Below, piece by piece: positions 50,183-63,713 of a stretch of DNA of 64,000 nucleotides. A program made the position numbers and the translations under genes. The notes under the pieces were generated by a model. That model was given only the letters and a program-made list of their open reading frames with translations, did no database searches and was not told the origin of the DNA. The stretch is taken from NCBI GenBank assembly GCA_051294375.1, contig CM119266.1, positions 24,354,411 through 24,418,410 on the forward strand. The letters run 5' to 3'. Positions within the stretch are counted from its first letter, which is position 1, and each line of letters starts with the position of its first letter. This stretch comes from Paraspadella gotoi (Eukaryota; Animalia; Chaetognatha).

Positions 50183-53100
50183 NNNNNNNNNNNNNNNNNN
50201 NNNNNNNNNNNNNNNNNNNNNNNNNNNNNNNNNNNNNNNNNNNNNNNNNNNNNNNNNNNNNNNNNNNNNNNNNNNNNNNNNNNNNNNNNNNNNNNNNNNN
50301 NNNNNTCAGACGACGACCTCGAAATTTTTGCCCTCGAATTTGTCGGCATAGAAATCCGAGTCTCCTTCTTACTTCTTCTTCTTCTTCTTATTCTTCTTCT
50401 TCTTTTTCGTCGTCGTCGTCGTCTTCATCGTCGTCGTCAGGGAACCGAGGCGACGGATTCCGTTCAAAAGAGGAGAAAGAGGGCGGCGGGTCTGTCAGGG
50501 GACCGAAGGGGCACGAAAGGGAGCTGAGGGATTCTCTCCTTCTTTTTATTATTATNNNNNNNNNNNNNNNNNNNNNNNNNNNNNNNNNNNNNNNNNNNNN
50601 NNNNNNNNNNNNNNNNNNNNNNNNNNNNNNNNNNNNNNNNNNNNNNNNNNNNNNNTTTTTTTCTCATAACTCAAAGAGAAGCTGTTCTCCATCTTGGCTT
50701 TTCTTCTTCCTGAGATATTCTCTTTTTTTTTTCCTTGTTACCTTTCTAACGCCGCCTTGCAGGAATTTTTGACGCTATCTTGGTACGATTTCTGCCTAGC
50801 TCTTTTTTTTCCCGTCCTCCTCTAACGTTGAAGTTCGACCCTCATACGGCAAGAATGAGCTTATTTTTCTACCAGTTGATTGAACTCACTGATAATAGTT
50901 TCACATCTGTTCCCATAGTTTTTCCGCTATCCTTTTTTCCGCATTGTTTCATTCAAAGTCATTTACTACTTAGCTTTGTTTTTTTAAAAACCCGCTTTTG
51001 CAAGATATTCCATTGAAAACTAAACTATGTACGACCTTCGACGTTATAAAATAAATTTATAGCCGAAGTGACATTGTCATTTGTGTCATAAACTATATCA
51101 CATAACAATAGTTTTGCGAGTGACGTTTAGTTTATTTTGATATCTAGCCTGCGATATATGATTTTTATGGAGAATTGTCTTCAGAGCCTTTTCTCCATTC
51201 ATCTTTTTTTCCATCGGTAGTGTGAAGGATTAGTGGCTTTTTTTTCAATCTTTGCGCGACAACACGATTTATCGCGACATATCATTTTACTTATGATTCA
51301 AAGTATGACAGAGTTCTTCGCTTTAAAATAGCGGCGAGGACTTGCCTTCTGTTTGGATCAAAGCTTTTTTCTTTTGTCCGCTAAGTCCGCTTTGGCTCTC
51401 TTTTCTCCGTTCTGGCTTCAAGATTCTCTTTCCTTTAATATCGATGTTCGAATCATTTTTCTTTTTTCGGTTTTCACCTTGTCCCACGTCTTTCCATCGA
51501 TCTTGGATGTCAGTCCCAAGATTTTTTCCGATTCTCGCTCCATTCGTCGTGGCGGAAAGCGTTGCGCGGTTCTCGATGGCAACCAATGCCACGAAAAGCA
51601 TGTAATAAAAAAACCTGAATAACCACTGAGCGTCCTTTCAGTGCGACACACTTTAATAGTTCAAGTATACGCTTTGGCGAGTTCGAGCTGATGATTAGTT
51701 TATTTGTTTTGATAAATAGTTTTCGCGGCTAGTTCAGAAGTGGCAACTAATCTTGGAGGCGCTCTTCGTGTACGTCTTTGGGCGGGAATGAATTCGTAAC
51801 TACTTCCGTCTTCTAGTTCTTCGTCGACGCAGGCTTTAATTCGATGCTTTGGTTATAATTCCGCCACGGTACTACGTCAAGTTTTCCACGTCTCTGTAGT
51901 CTCCTCACATCATACTTACTCTCCTTGCTTTTCTCTCTGCCTTGATTTTCGTTTAATTATTTGCTGTTTTCCCACCCGTGTCCATTTTATGATGTAGCTC
52001 GGTTAGGATGTGTTTTTTCCTTTTTTTTTCTGACTGACGAGAAGTTGGTGGCGTAATCGTCAGGTTGACGCATCTCGGTGAGTCTTCACTCCCTTTGGCT
52101 TAGGGTCTCGTCGTCGGTGACCAAATTTGTTGTGTCAAAGATCTACATCGAAATATTGGCGAAAACTGAAACGGAAATAAAAGAGACTGATAAAAAAATT
52201 ATTGAACTCGAAAGAAAGACAAGATTAACATCGTTGCGAAAAAGAAAATATTGAAAATGAAATAAATTTATTCGAATAATCTTTTATCAGAAAGGCAGCT
52301 GAATTCCGGAAAGAAAGAATGGATTGGTGCCTAAGTACAGACTGCAGACCTCAATCGGTGGAAGACGCGATGAGAAAACTAATGTCTTATGAAAACTTTT
52401 ATATGGAACAACAAAAGAAAGAAAAAGACGAAGCAAAGATAAAGAAACTGAAAGCTGACTATGAAGAAAAAACAATAGCTTTGAAAGATGGATAGAAGGT
52501 CCGGTATATTAACAAAAATAAAGTCTTCTCCGAACTTCCAAAGAAGAAATGAGAACACATACTGAAGGGAAAAAACTCACCAAAATAGACTTGATCAGTA
52601 ACGAAAACCAAGTGTAATGTTTTGGTTCGTGTCTTGAATCATTCTAGTCATTCAGTTGATCATGGCACATAAACTTACTGAAAACTTTTCGTGTAACGAG
52701 AGAGAGTCCAAAGCCGCTGGCAGAGACGCCAAGCAACCTTGAGGATACGCTGGAGAAGCTGGAGATGAACGAGAAAGAATTCGAACACTTTATTTCCGAA
52801 TACATAGCGCTTGATTCCCGATGACAAAAGTGTCAGAGACGTATACGTGGCGAATTCGCTTACCTGGAAAAGATGGTCCGATATCATGGAAGGCAGAAGG
52901 AAAACTACTTTGCTAAAAGATGCTTAACTACCGTTTTAAAAAAACATCTATGTTGTCGGCATTACGAGGATTATGGTGTGTGTCTCATTTGTTTTTTCTT
53001 GTCTTATTGTTGAATTCAGCTCATCACAGTTATAATGGTGAACAAGCCCAGCTAGCAGTAACAGTATTCGGACAAAATTATCGGCAATGTTGGTGAGAGA

Positions 53101-53712
53101 GAAGATTCGCAGTCCATGCTACAATTTCGTATGTGACCAGAATCGGCACACATAATCGTTCATCGAATGACGAACTCCACGAAGTCGAAAAATACAGACG
53201 GTAAGATAAAAAATCCGTAAAGATATGAAAAATTCTAAGAATATGTCAGAGGGCAATAAAAATAAAAACAAAAGACGCCGAAAATTATCGATCCCGAGAC
53301 TTTTAGAGAAAAATAAAGTTGTCTAAATGACTAACCAGTTAATAATTCAAAAGTGAGCTATGTTTCGATAGCTAAAATTAAATATATTATTAAATTTAAT
53401 CTCACAAGTGGTTCCAAGCTCAGCCGAAAAGAAAAAAGACAACGAATCCAGACGAAGGACAGATGCGAAGACACAGTTTAATGCTCCTCCAGAAAACAGA
53501 GAGAAAAAATTGGCTAAACTGGAACGTTTTAATAATCTATCTTCTGCATTTAATCTGTCGCGACTCGACATCGTTATCCGGTCACACAAGATTTCACAGT
53601 TTAAAAAAAATTTTCTTTTATAATTTGTTAATGGGTTCATCTTTACAGGGATTCAGTTATATTACTAAAAAAGTCTCCGTCAAAAATATGATATACTCTA
53701 ATATAATAAACT

Positions 53713-54939
53713 ATTGGACTGCCTACTCCGAAGTCGACATCTGAAAAATCGACATCATCTCATGTGGGCGCCGACGGACTTCTGAGAGGCAGCAACTTTT
53801 CGGCGAAGTTTCCCATTCGCCAGGGATCTTCGGGTGAAGAGACTGCGGCGAGATAGAGAACGATTTCGATCTGCCGCTGTCAGAGTTCCGTCAGCGAATT
53901 GACGGCGCCTTACGAACAGTTCGGAGGCCTAAACGTCATCGGGAAGACTTTCGCCGCCCGCCTTCTGAACAAAAAGGCGCAGATTCCACCTCATCGCCGG
54001 GCGCTGACGATACTTCACGTCCCCATCATCGTCGGAGCGGCGACGAAGTATACTTCAAGGACGGATTTCGAAGCGACGGTAACAGGGTGATGGTGAGGAG
54101 GATCAGGAGGGCTTGGAAGAAGGCAGCAAAAACCCGGGGTTGGACGGACGAGGAATTTGACAACCTGTCCAAGAAGATAGAGAGGAGCGAATCGCAGAGA
54201 ACTCTGCCTCCGTCTCGCAAGTTCGTACAGACCTGCCCAACCCACCATACAGTTCAAGACATCACCATCGACGACCTGCGCAACGTCATCCACGCGCGTT
54301 CGTCATATTTGAGAACTCATCACCTGCGGTCCAGTACGAGAAGACGACGACGTCCACAAGCTCTGTCATCGATCTCGGAGCAAAGCTTCCAGAGCAGCAC
54401 AATCGACTTCATCGCAAACGGAAGTCGACGGACCGAGGTGGGCTCAGCTGGAAGCTCGCTGTCACCGACAGAGCCGGGAACTGTTGAAGGCGGAGATGGA
54501 TAAGGCGGAATTCCGGATTAAAGTAGAGAGGCTGGAACAGGAGCTGAAGAGAGAGACGGAGAGAAGGATCGAAGCGGAGGTGAGACTGGAAGGGAGGGTG
54601 CGAGAGGTGGAGCAGAGGCGAGCAACTACCGAACGCCTCTGGAGCCAGACATGCGGCAAAATGTATGACCGCCTGGAACAGCTTTCTTCACCGCCGGAGT
54701 CGAGGAGGCGTTTGGCGTCGCCTTTCCGCGAAGAGCCGCAGTCTGATCTCCGACTCTCAAAGTTTCATCCACCGCCCGGCATGGAACAATTTATTAATTC
54801 GCCGCCACGCACACGTCAGATGCCGGCGCCGAAAAAGAAACTGCCGACCCTCCAGCCAGTGTCGCCGCCTCCACCTCCACCACCGAGACGAGAGTATCCG
54901 GATTGGGCGAAGAAGGCCACCAAGAAGCGAAGTCGTTGA
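53713..54939 (+). pseudogene. Element ORF D, second full-length copy (5' part frameshifted, 3' 151 codons intact)
   Basis: ARLLNKKAQIPPHRRAL, RVMVRRIRRAWKKAAKTRGWTDEEFD, KAEMDKAEFRIKVERLEQEL...EYPDWAKKATKKRSR. Confidence 0.75.
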
Positions 54940-54971
54940 ACTATTTTAACTGGAAACTCAGTCGGCGTCGG

Positions 54972-55169
54972 ATGCCAGAATTGCCCGAGCCGACCTCTCT
55001 AGAGCCGACCGCGAATCACACGCAGCGTGTCATATGGCCTAGAGAGCAATTCCTTGTATTCTTGCATTATACTGTATTTATTGAGTTCTGTATTGCCCGG
55101 TACCTTGACAGTAACAACTTATCGACGGGAGTAAATAAATCGAAAAATCTGAGAAAAAAGAAAAATTAG
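54972..55169 (+). CDS. Element ORF G, 65 aa with a hydrophobic core
   Basis: Intact here (MPELPEPTSLEPTANHTQRVIWPREQFLVFLHYTVFIEFCIARYLDSNNL...); AATAAA cluster follows. Confidence 0.5.
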   Translation: MPELPEPTSLEPTANHTQRVIWPREQFLVFLHYTVFIEFCIARYLDSNNLSTGVNKSKNLRKKKN

Positions 55170-55774
55170 AGTATAAAAACAAATAAATAAATATTAATAA
55201 ATAATAAAACAACTGGCTACACAAATTCACTTAACGAAAACGACTAAAGAACTTCAACAAAAAAAATTGAGAAAAAAAATTTAAACCGTCCATCAGAATT
55301 AAAAAACGAAGAATGAAGAAACTTGTTTGAGGTTGCCTAGCAACGGAAGAGGAAAAATTTTCGATCGATCGTAGACAGTGTATAGTGGGACTAAGCAACG
55401 GACAAATTGACTGAACATACTAAGACAATGTAAATTAAATTTATTTATTCTGTATGGCAAATTGCAAAAACGAAATTATCAAATCGATTCGTTTTTTATA
55501 TACAGTGTTTATCAACTGAACAAACAATTTATCTTGTAAAACAAGAAGGGGGAGAAAAAGACCAAAAGAAAAACTTTCGAATCAAGATAGTCAGAAAATA
55601 AACTAGTAGTACTTGGTCTAGTGTAACGATTGGTTTCAACACCCAAGCATGCACTATCATATTCACATGCANNNNNNNNNNNNNNNNNNNNNNNNNNNNN
55701 NNNNNNNNNNNNNNNNNNNNNNNNNNNNNNNNNNNNNNNNNNNNNNNNNNNNNNNNNNNNNNNNNNNNNNNGAA

Positions 55775-58700
55775 CCTGATGACGAATTGCGAGGGAAAAG
55801 GAGGAAGAGGAGGAGGAGGAGGAGGAGGATGCGAGTGGAAAGGCGATGGTGAGATGGAGTGATGGGGTGAGTGTGAGATGGGTGAAGGGCGTAATGAAAT
55901 AGAGGATTGTGAACGAATTCTGGGTAGGTATTAAAAAGTTTCGCGTTTCGTCCTCATAACGTGTGTAATTAAAGAAGAATCATAAGACGAAAGATAGTAA
56001 TTCTGAGTTTGTGATAAAGTTATTAATAGTGTTTGTTTGTTTGTATTTTTGATACTGAATTTCTCGAAAATACATTTAAATGTGAACAAACAATTTGAGC
56101 GGTTTGCGTGGCTGAAGCTTAATTTCACTGACCTCAATAAAATGTTCCGTAGATATTTTAGAAGAAAATTAAACGATCAGAAGAGTCAGCGAAAATTCGC
56201 TTCTTAATTTAAAAACATTTTTGTCCCTTGAGACACGAAAAAGTTTTCAAAACTTTTTTTTTTAATTTTTAAAACGGAGAGTAGCCATTTTCCAGATCAC
56301 GAGCCGATGAGGAGAAGGATCACCGCAATCAATCTAAATTAGATATCTTCTGCAAATACCCCGAACGCATTCGTAACCGGCCACCTCTCCAGCTGGGGCC
56401 CCTTAAAACTAAAATATCTGATGCTATATTAGCTTTCTCTTAAAATCTATATTTTATACTCTTCGCTATTCCGCTTTTCTGTACTTATAGAAGAAGCGCT
56501 TGCCGCCTCACTATCCATCCCCACACTTCAAGCACACCCACTCCCACTGTAAGGTCCGCTGACGCGAGAAAAACATGAAACAATACCGCCTTTTCATCTC
56601 CAAACTTTACTTCTATTCAGCGTTTAAATAACCCTTTGTTTCCTTAACACAAAAACAAAAACACTCTAAACAAACACACTCACAATGATAAAACCAGAGT
56701 CAACCGCCTCACCACAGCTAGTCAACACCACTCTACCTAAGAGTTCACCCTGCCCTCACTCTATTAATCCTTTTAATTCGCTTTTGTTACTCGCAGTCCT
56801 CTTCCTCTTCCTCCTCTTTCCTCCTCCACCTCCCCCACCCTTCTCCTCTTCCTCTCCCTCGACATGGCTTTAACAATTGAAGGAATAGATGGCCCGCGAT
56901 AGTTCTCTTCGGGGTTTTCCCCTTCTGCGCTGTTCTGGTCAGAATCTTGGAGCTCGCACATAGAGGGAGAGAAAGCTTAAATCGAAATAGACGTTTTTTG
57001 AGCCGCCCGGCGGCGCGCCGCCGCTTGAGGGACGGGCTCGTGTGGTATCGGGGGGCAAGGGTTGAAGGGGGAATGAGGGGAGAGTAAAGTAATGGGGGTA
57101 GTGGGGAGAACGTTTGAGATGGATAAAGAGAGGAAGCTGGGAATGCATGAATGATCGTTGCTGGATAGGGTATAAGTGGGCAACGACGGTCTCGGAAACA
57201 AGGTTGTGAGATTGAGTCGTCAGTCTTAGCGATAGAACTGTTTTTATTTATTTTGCTATTTCGTTCGTCGTTTTATTAGTTAATTATCTTTAAAGTAATT
57301 CACCATTTTTGGCCCAGTTGTTTTCTTCCTAATTATCTATCTACATTTGTACCCTTTTTCACACTTATCACAATCTCTCAACTTTCCCTCTTGAAGATTG
57401 TGTTTTTGTTCCCCCTTTCTTTCCCAGACTCGCTTTTCATCCAATCCAAGTTTGAACTATTCATTCTATTTTCGGAAACATTTTTTTTTATTCATTTTTC
57501 TAACGGTTCATATCTTCTTTCTTCTTACCTTTGACCTGCGTCTTTTGTATTCCTAACATTTCTTCCATAACATTTCCGCGCCCTCCCCGCCTATCTTGTG
57601 AAATCGACTTCTTCTTCTCATTTTCTGTCCCGTTTTTTTTTCCCCTCCCTCCTTTCTTTTCCCTCCTTCCCCTTTCCCTCCTCCTTTTCCTTTTCCTTTC
57701 CTCCCTCTTCATAATGCCCTCTCCTCCTCTTCTTTACCTTTGTTGCTGGCGCGCGCCCGCCTGGCCTTAGTTCCTCCGGCACCAGAAAATGACAGGGACG
57801 AGAACACTCGATTGACGAATTGCAGAGGAAAAGGGGCGAGAAAAGAGGGGCACGGAGGAGCGGCACTGCCAACGCGAGGAGAGGAATGCAGATGTGTGGG
57901 AAAGGGCGATGCGCGGTCGAGCGACTAACGAACTCGGACCCCACAGGTGATGGGACCTTATACATTCGTGCCAAATGTGTTCGAAGAATGGACGCCGCTC
58001 CAGTCCGGGGATTGCGACGCCTGCGGAACCGCGTCACCCCCGGAGCCGCCATCCTCCGCGCGGCCACCGCGCTCGTACCTGACACCAGCCCGTCGCCGGT
58101 GAAATCCTGGTATTGCGCCAGTGAAAGGGCCGTGGGGGTCGACCCGGTCCGCGACGGGGTTAAATGAAAAATCGACCGGCCCTCCCGGCATGTGACCCGA
58201 AAGTGAACACACGAAACAAATTCACAGCGCCCAGGCGGTTATAGGTTTCAAATAATTTCTCAAAACAAGTTTTCGCGTTTTGGTCCACCTCAACGTGTTT
58301 GTAATTAAACAGAAAAATAACGAAAGACAGATTCTTAATTCTGGAACAGTAGACCACCTGTGAGAATTAAGGACTTTTTTATGGGTGTTTCCTATGCATT
58401 CACTCTAGTTTGATATTTTTTTGATACCCTCTGAATTTTTCTCGAAAAACATCTTAAATGTGAAGAAAACAAAACAATTTGAGCGCGTTTTTTGCGTCGT
58501 GGCTGCCCTGAGACTTTATTAAATTTCAACTGACCTACCAAAAACATTTCCGTGACATTATTTTACGAAGAAAAATCGCTAAACGCATCATTAAGAGTCA
58601 GCGAGAAAAACTTCGCTCGATCCAGCCACTATCACCCCCTACCCTTCACCCACAACCAGACACACATCACAAACACCACACCACTCCCCCCGCCTACGCC

Positions 58701-58915
58701 TTACCCTCGACCACCACCAATCATCCACACGCACCCCCTTCTCAAAACTTCGACATTACCTCCCCTCCTTAAATCTTAAAACCATTCTTTTTTTTTGGAT
58801 CCACATTGAGACACCGTCACACCAGAAGTTTTTCAAACAAAACCCTTCTTTTTTTCATCTTTTTTTTTTTTTTTAATTTTTTTTCCTTTTAACAAACGCG
58901 ACGGACAGTAAGCCA
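55775..58915 (+). repeat. ~2-kb unit in ~1.5 noisy tandem copies
   Basis: 55779-56285 recurs at ~57812-58915 (TTTCGCGTTT, CTGAATTT..CTCGAAAA, CAATTTGAGCG, AAGAGTCAGCG, TTGAGACAC). Confidence 0.7.
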
Positions 58916-59416
58916 CAACCAACCCGCCAACTCACGTTAACTAAAATATTCATCCGAGGCTAACATTTTTTTTTTCAAATCTGCAGGTAATAATAATATC
59001 GATTAGCAGCCTCTTCCCTCTCTCTCCTCTCCTCCTCCTCTCTTACTCTCTCTCTCTCTCTCTCTCTCTCCCTCTCTCTCCTCTCTCTCTCTCTCTCTCT
59101 CCCTCCTCTCTTCTCTTCTCTCTCCTCTTTTACTCTTTTGACGAGCGTCGGGTAACATATATAAAAAAGCGAGAAAAACAATAGTGGAATAAAAAAAAAA
59201 AAGTTTGACTCCAACATTATTTAATTTCTTTTTTTTTCAATCCTAGAGAATTTCCGAGTGGCCCACGCCCGGCGATTCTCTTTTTCTTTTTTATTAGATG
59301 GAATAATATATACTCTTGAATATGCAGAGAAGAAACGTAAGCGGGAATCCTCTCGTTATAAGAGAGAAAGAGAGAGAAGAGAGGCGAGAGTAGAGAAGAA
59401 GAAGAGGAGCTGACGG

Positions 59417-59457
<41 letters not shown>

Positions 59458-60529
59458 GAGAGCAGGAAAGATGACGACGACGCAGAGAGACGAGAGACGG
59501 AAGGAACGTGACGAAGACGAGAGAGAGAGAGAAAGTCTGATCAGTTAAACGATTTTGCATTCTTTCGGGTAAAACAATATAAAAGAAGCGAGCACTACGT
59601 TGAGGGTATTAAATTATATGTCAACAAGCTTTACTAATATTTTGTTTCGTAAGCTAAGGCTTTCTTTTCAGGGAAAAAAAAACTACCGAATCCTAGGACT
59701 TCACTCAGCCCTGTATTCAATTCCCCGATGTCAATCACCAGATTTTAATCAAGCTTTTTTTTTCCCTCTCCCCCGCCCCCCTTTCCGTCTCAGTGACGAG
59801 AATGAACAAGCGTCAACACTCGACAACAATCACGTTCAGCTGCTTTCTTTTTCTTTTTCTTTTTTTTCTTTTTCTTTTCTTCTCTTTCTTTTTTTTTAAT
59901 AATTTCACCACAGAATCGACCTTCGATTTTTTTTTCTCGATCTCAACTCACCAAATCACTCGAGTCTCTCACTCACCCCATAACCGTTCGACTCTATCGA
60001 CCCCTTCCCCTTCTCCATCCATTCACCCCCGTTTTCACTGCCCCCCCCCTTCGTCGATTCAAAGCCATTTTTCTTTCTTTCGAATCTCTAGCGGTTTCCC
60101 CTTTATCTAATTCTCTTTCCAACATCTCATTGAACAAAGGCGGATCTCCGTCCACGATTTAACTCCTTTTTTATCCCTCATCCCTTTTTTTCTTCTTTTA
60201 GCCCTATCTTTCCCTTTTTAATTTTTTCCTTTCTCTTCNNNNNNNNNNNNNNNNNNNNNNNNNGTCAAATGAACCAAATTACAAAACGTGTATTTTGCAA
60301 TTTACAATTTCCTGTATTCCACGCATTCACGACTGTCACCTCAATATATTTGTAACTTCCACTCACTCTCGTGACATTTCAATGAGGCTTCCATGTCACT
60401 GTCATGTCACTCCCTGACTCCCATGTCACTCGCCATCCCAACTCTACTTTTCCTCCCGACTTCATCCTTCTTTCTCCCTCGAGAAAAAAGTGAATCGCGT
60501 TAAAAATCTGAAAGAAAAAACTGAAAGGG

Positions 60530-60810
60530 AAAGAGAGGGAGGTAGGAAAGAAAAAAGAAAAGTGAGGGGAGAGGGAGGAGAAGGAGGTAGGAAGAAAAAG
60601 TAAAAAGGGAGGAGAGGGAGGAGATAGAGGAGAGGTAGGTAGGAAAGAAAAAAGAAAAGTGAAAGGAGAGGGAGGTAGAAAAGAAAAAAAAATGAGAGGA
60701 GAGGGAGGTAGAAAAGAAAAAAGAAAAGTGAGAGGAGAGGATGTAGGAAAGAAAAAGAAAAAAATAAAAGTGGTTGGAGAGGAATGTAGAAAAGAAAAAA
60801 GAAAAGAGGC
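60530..60810. repeat. Degenerate ~35-bp polypurine minisatellite (GGTAGRAAAGAAAAAAGAAAAGTGAGAGGAGAGGGA)
   Basis: Read directly from sequence. Confidence 0.75.
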
Positions 60811-61315
60811 TGGAAATGAAAGTAAAAAAGAGAGTAAGCAGAAGACGGACGTAAGAAAAATGTGGAGGGAGGAAAAGAACTTAATATTAAGGGAGGAAGC
60901 AACAAGAGAAGGAAAATCAAAGAGAGAGTAAAATATTGAAAACCGAGGAATATATATAGAAAAGAGTGAAAAAAAGATTTTACCAAAATTATTGGTTAAA
61001 TTAGTAAATGAATGATGAATGAATGACGAATGACTGAATGAGAATGATATGAATGAATGACATGAATGAATGAATGAATGAATGAATGAATGAATGAATG
61101 AATGTCGGAAAAAATTTTTAAAAAATAAATTAATTAATCTTAAAGTTTCTTTGCTTTCTCCACTCTCCACTTTGGCCAATCCACCCAACCGAGCTTCCCC
61201 CCCCTCATTTCCTCTCACCCTCCCCCTCCGGAGTGTTGTCCTTGATTCGCGTCTCGAGGCAAAAAAAAAAAGTCTCAGGGAAGTCATTAACGAAGATCTC
61301 GTCCCGGATTTAGCG

Positions 61316-61590
61316 TCAATCATTGGCGTCGACGTCGTCATCATCATCGTCATCATCAGCATCATCATCGTCCTCGTCGCTGACAGTGTCGTTTTCTACG
61401 ATTTCGTAGTCCTATTCGTTCGCTTTGTCATCATCGGAAGCGTCACCGTCATCTTTTTCGTCATCATCGTTATCATCGTCGTCGTCGCTGAAAGTGCCGT
61501 TTTCAATGTCCTATTCTTTCCCTTTGTCATCCTCGGTATCGTCGCTGTCGTCGCATTCGTCATCATATTCTTCAGCACTGTTCTTGGTTA
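61316..61590 (-). other. Asp/Glu-rich reading frame with an internal 99-bp duplication and two in-frame TAG
   Basis: EEYDDECDDSDDTEDDKGKE*DIENGTFSDDDD...DDDKANE*DYEIVENDTVSDEDDD...VDAND*; mixed GAT/GAC codons. Confidence 0.4.
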
Positions 61591-61963
61591 CATGGTTAAA
61601 GTATCAAGTAACAGCATTTAATCGCAGTATAAAACTACTCGACATTGTTGAAAATATTTATCCCGACTTCCCGTTTTTAAAGGGAACGAGAAAAAAAAAT
61701 ATCCACAGCGGAGAAAATTGGAGAGAGGAAAAAAAAAAAGAAAAGAAAGGTTGAGGTCGAAGGCGGAGGAGGAAGGCGGAAAAAAAAAAGAAAAAAATGA
61801 GGAAAGTAAAAGGAAAGAAAAGAAAAAAAATGGAACAAAACAAAATAACGAAAAAACATGGAAATCTGATTAAAAGGTCGACATGGGAAGAGAGAGACAA
61901 AACAAAGGGAAAAAGAAGGACGATATGGGTAAGGGGATGAGAAAGGGAGGCTGGAGGGAGGGG

Positions 61964-61994
<31 letters not shown>

Positions 61995-62011
61995 TGAGAG
62001 AGATGAGAGAG

Positions 62012-62051
<40 letters not shown>

Positions 62052-62259
62052 CCAATTATAAGACACAGATATACAGAGAACAAAGAGATGCCTTCCTTTG
62101 AATTTTTTTTTTTACAACAAAAAACAAGTTTCTCTCTCAAAAAAAGACGGTGGGTGTCGAAAACCCAAAACCTCGAAAAAGAGTAAAAAGAGGAAAAAGA
62201 GGAAAAAGAGGAAAAAGAGGAAAAAGAGGAAAAAAAGAAAAAAGAGGAAAAAAAGAAAA

Positions 62260-62631
62260 AAGAGGAAGACTTGCAAATTCAAATGAGAGAAAAGAAGAAG
62301 CCGTCGCCGACGCAGATGCCGACGCCGTCGCCGACGCAGATGCCGACGCCGACGTCAATGAGACGAGTCGCTCCACCTTCGCCATTTCTTTTCGGTCTTG
62401 TTCCTTCTTTCCCTTGATTTGTACTAAGTTTGTTTTTTCTACGTACAATTGTACAAAGTTTGTTATTTTTCTTTTTAAAAAAACATTTGTCTCATCTGTA
62501 CTTTCAAAGTATTTAATATTTTTCTTATCCGGTTGTCTTTGCTCTCTATATATCGTTTTGAGCTTTTCGCATTTTCTCTCCATCAATTCTATGTATCGTT
62601 GAATTCTTATCGTCCCCGAGTTACTTCTCAT
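62260..62631 (-). CDS. Possible exon of an unidentified coiled-coil protein
   Basis: Non-repetitive open frame RIQRYIELMERKCEKLKTIYREQRQPDKK...RKEMAKVERLVSLT followed by a Ser-Ala repeat; boundaries uncertain. Confidence 0.35.
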
Positions 62632-62870
62632 TTACTAATATCATTTGGACCCTTTTTCCCCCCGTTCCATTTGGGCTCTTTTCGCCCCTTTTTCCCCATT
62701 CCCCCTCGGTTCCGTTTCTTTCCTTCTCGTTCCGATTTTTCGAAACCAAAACGGGAAAATGGGTCGGGGGGTCGTCGCGGGTCTTCAGTGGGACAAACAA
62801 ACCAGAGTCGAAACCGCGAGGGAACAAAAGTCGCGAGACAGAGATGGAGACAGAGACGAGGGGAGAGATC

Positions 62871-62916
<46 letters not shown>

Positions 62917-63206
62917 CAAAGACGAAGGGAGAGATCGGAGAAAAAGAGAGGGAGATAGAGACGAGACAGAGATAGGAAATTAAGAGGGAGATAAGAGAAA
63001 AAACTAGAGATGGAGACGGAGACAAAAAAAGAGAAATGGTAAGCCAAAGAAAGCGTTATTCGTGGTGATTGTTAATACAAATATTATTTTGTTTAAAGGA
63101 ATATTAAACCGAAGATAAAAATGAAATTAGAAGGATAAGTTGTTGAATTGAATACGAATTGTTAAACATGTTGCAATCCTAAATTTTTTCAAAGTTTTAT
63201 AAAAAA

Positions 63207-63253
<47 letters not shown>

Positions 63254-63370
63254 AAGAAAAAAAAATTGCAGGGAGACCAGATGCAGGAAGGAAAAGTGAA
63301 ACGTCGAGAGAGAGCGAGACGCTGAACAGATGAGGGCCAACCGCGCCATCTGAGACAGATGCAGGATAGA

Positions 63371-63448
<78 letters not shown>

Positions 63449-63649
63449 AATAATGGAAGTGAAAGTGGTTGAGTGTGAGACAGATGCTAAAGTGAGTCTG
63501 TGACAAATGAAAACTGTTTCGCGAGAAAAAAGAAAAGTTGTCGGCATCTATATCATTGGGGCACAACTGGTTAAACTGTCCCTTAGCATTGATAATGGGA
63601 AGGGATATTAAAGAATAAACAATCTATTTTTAAAACTTTATTATTTTAC

Positions 63650-63679
63650 ATAATTGTTGTGGATGTCATCGTTATTATT

Positions 63680-63713
<34 letters not shown>

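Larger units (their letters stand above)
50656..55671. mobile_element. Diverged copy of the multi-ORF element, on a contig bounded by two 100-N gaps
   Basis: 52135-55671 is colinear with 510-1900 plus 3135-5243. 50656-51990 holds degenerate K/E-rich minus-strand frames of similar style; their membership in the element is inferred. Confidence 0.75.

Noticed and set aside
60379-61368. 329-aa minus-strand ORF
   Set aside because: Composed of low-complexity (GAT)n, (TTCA)n and polypyrimidine repeats with no domain.
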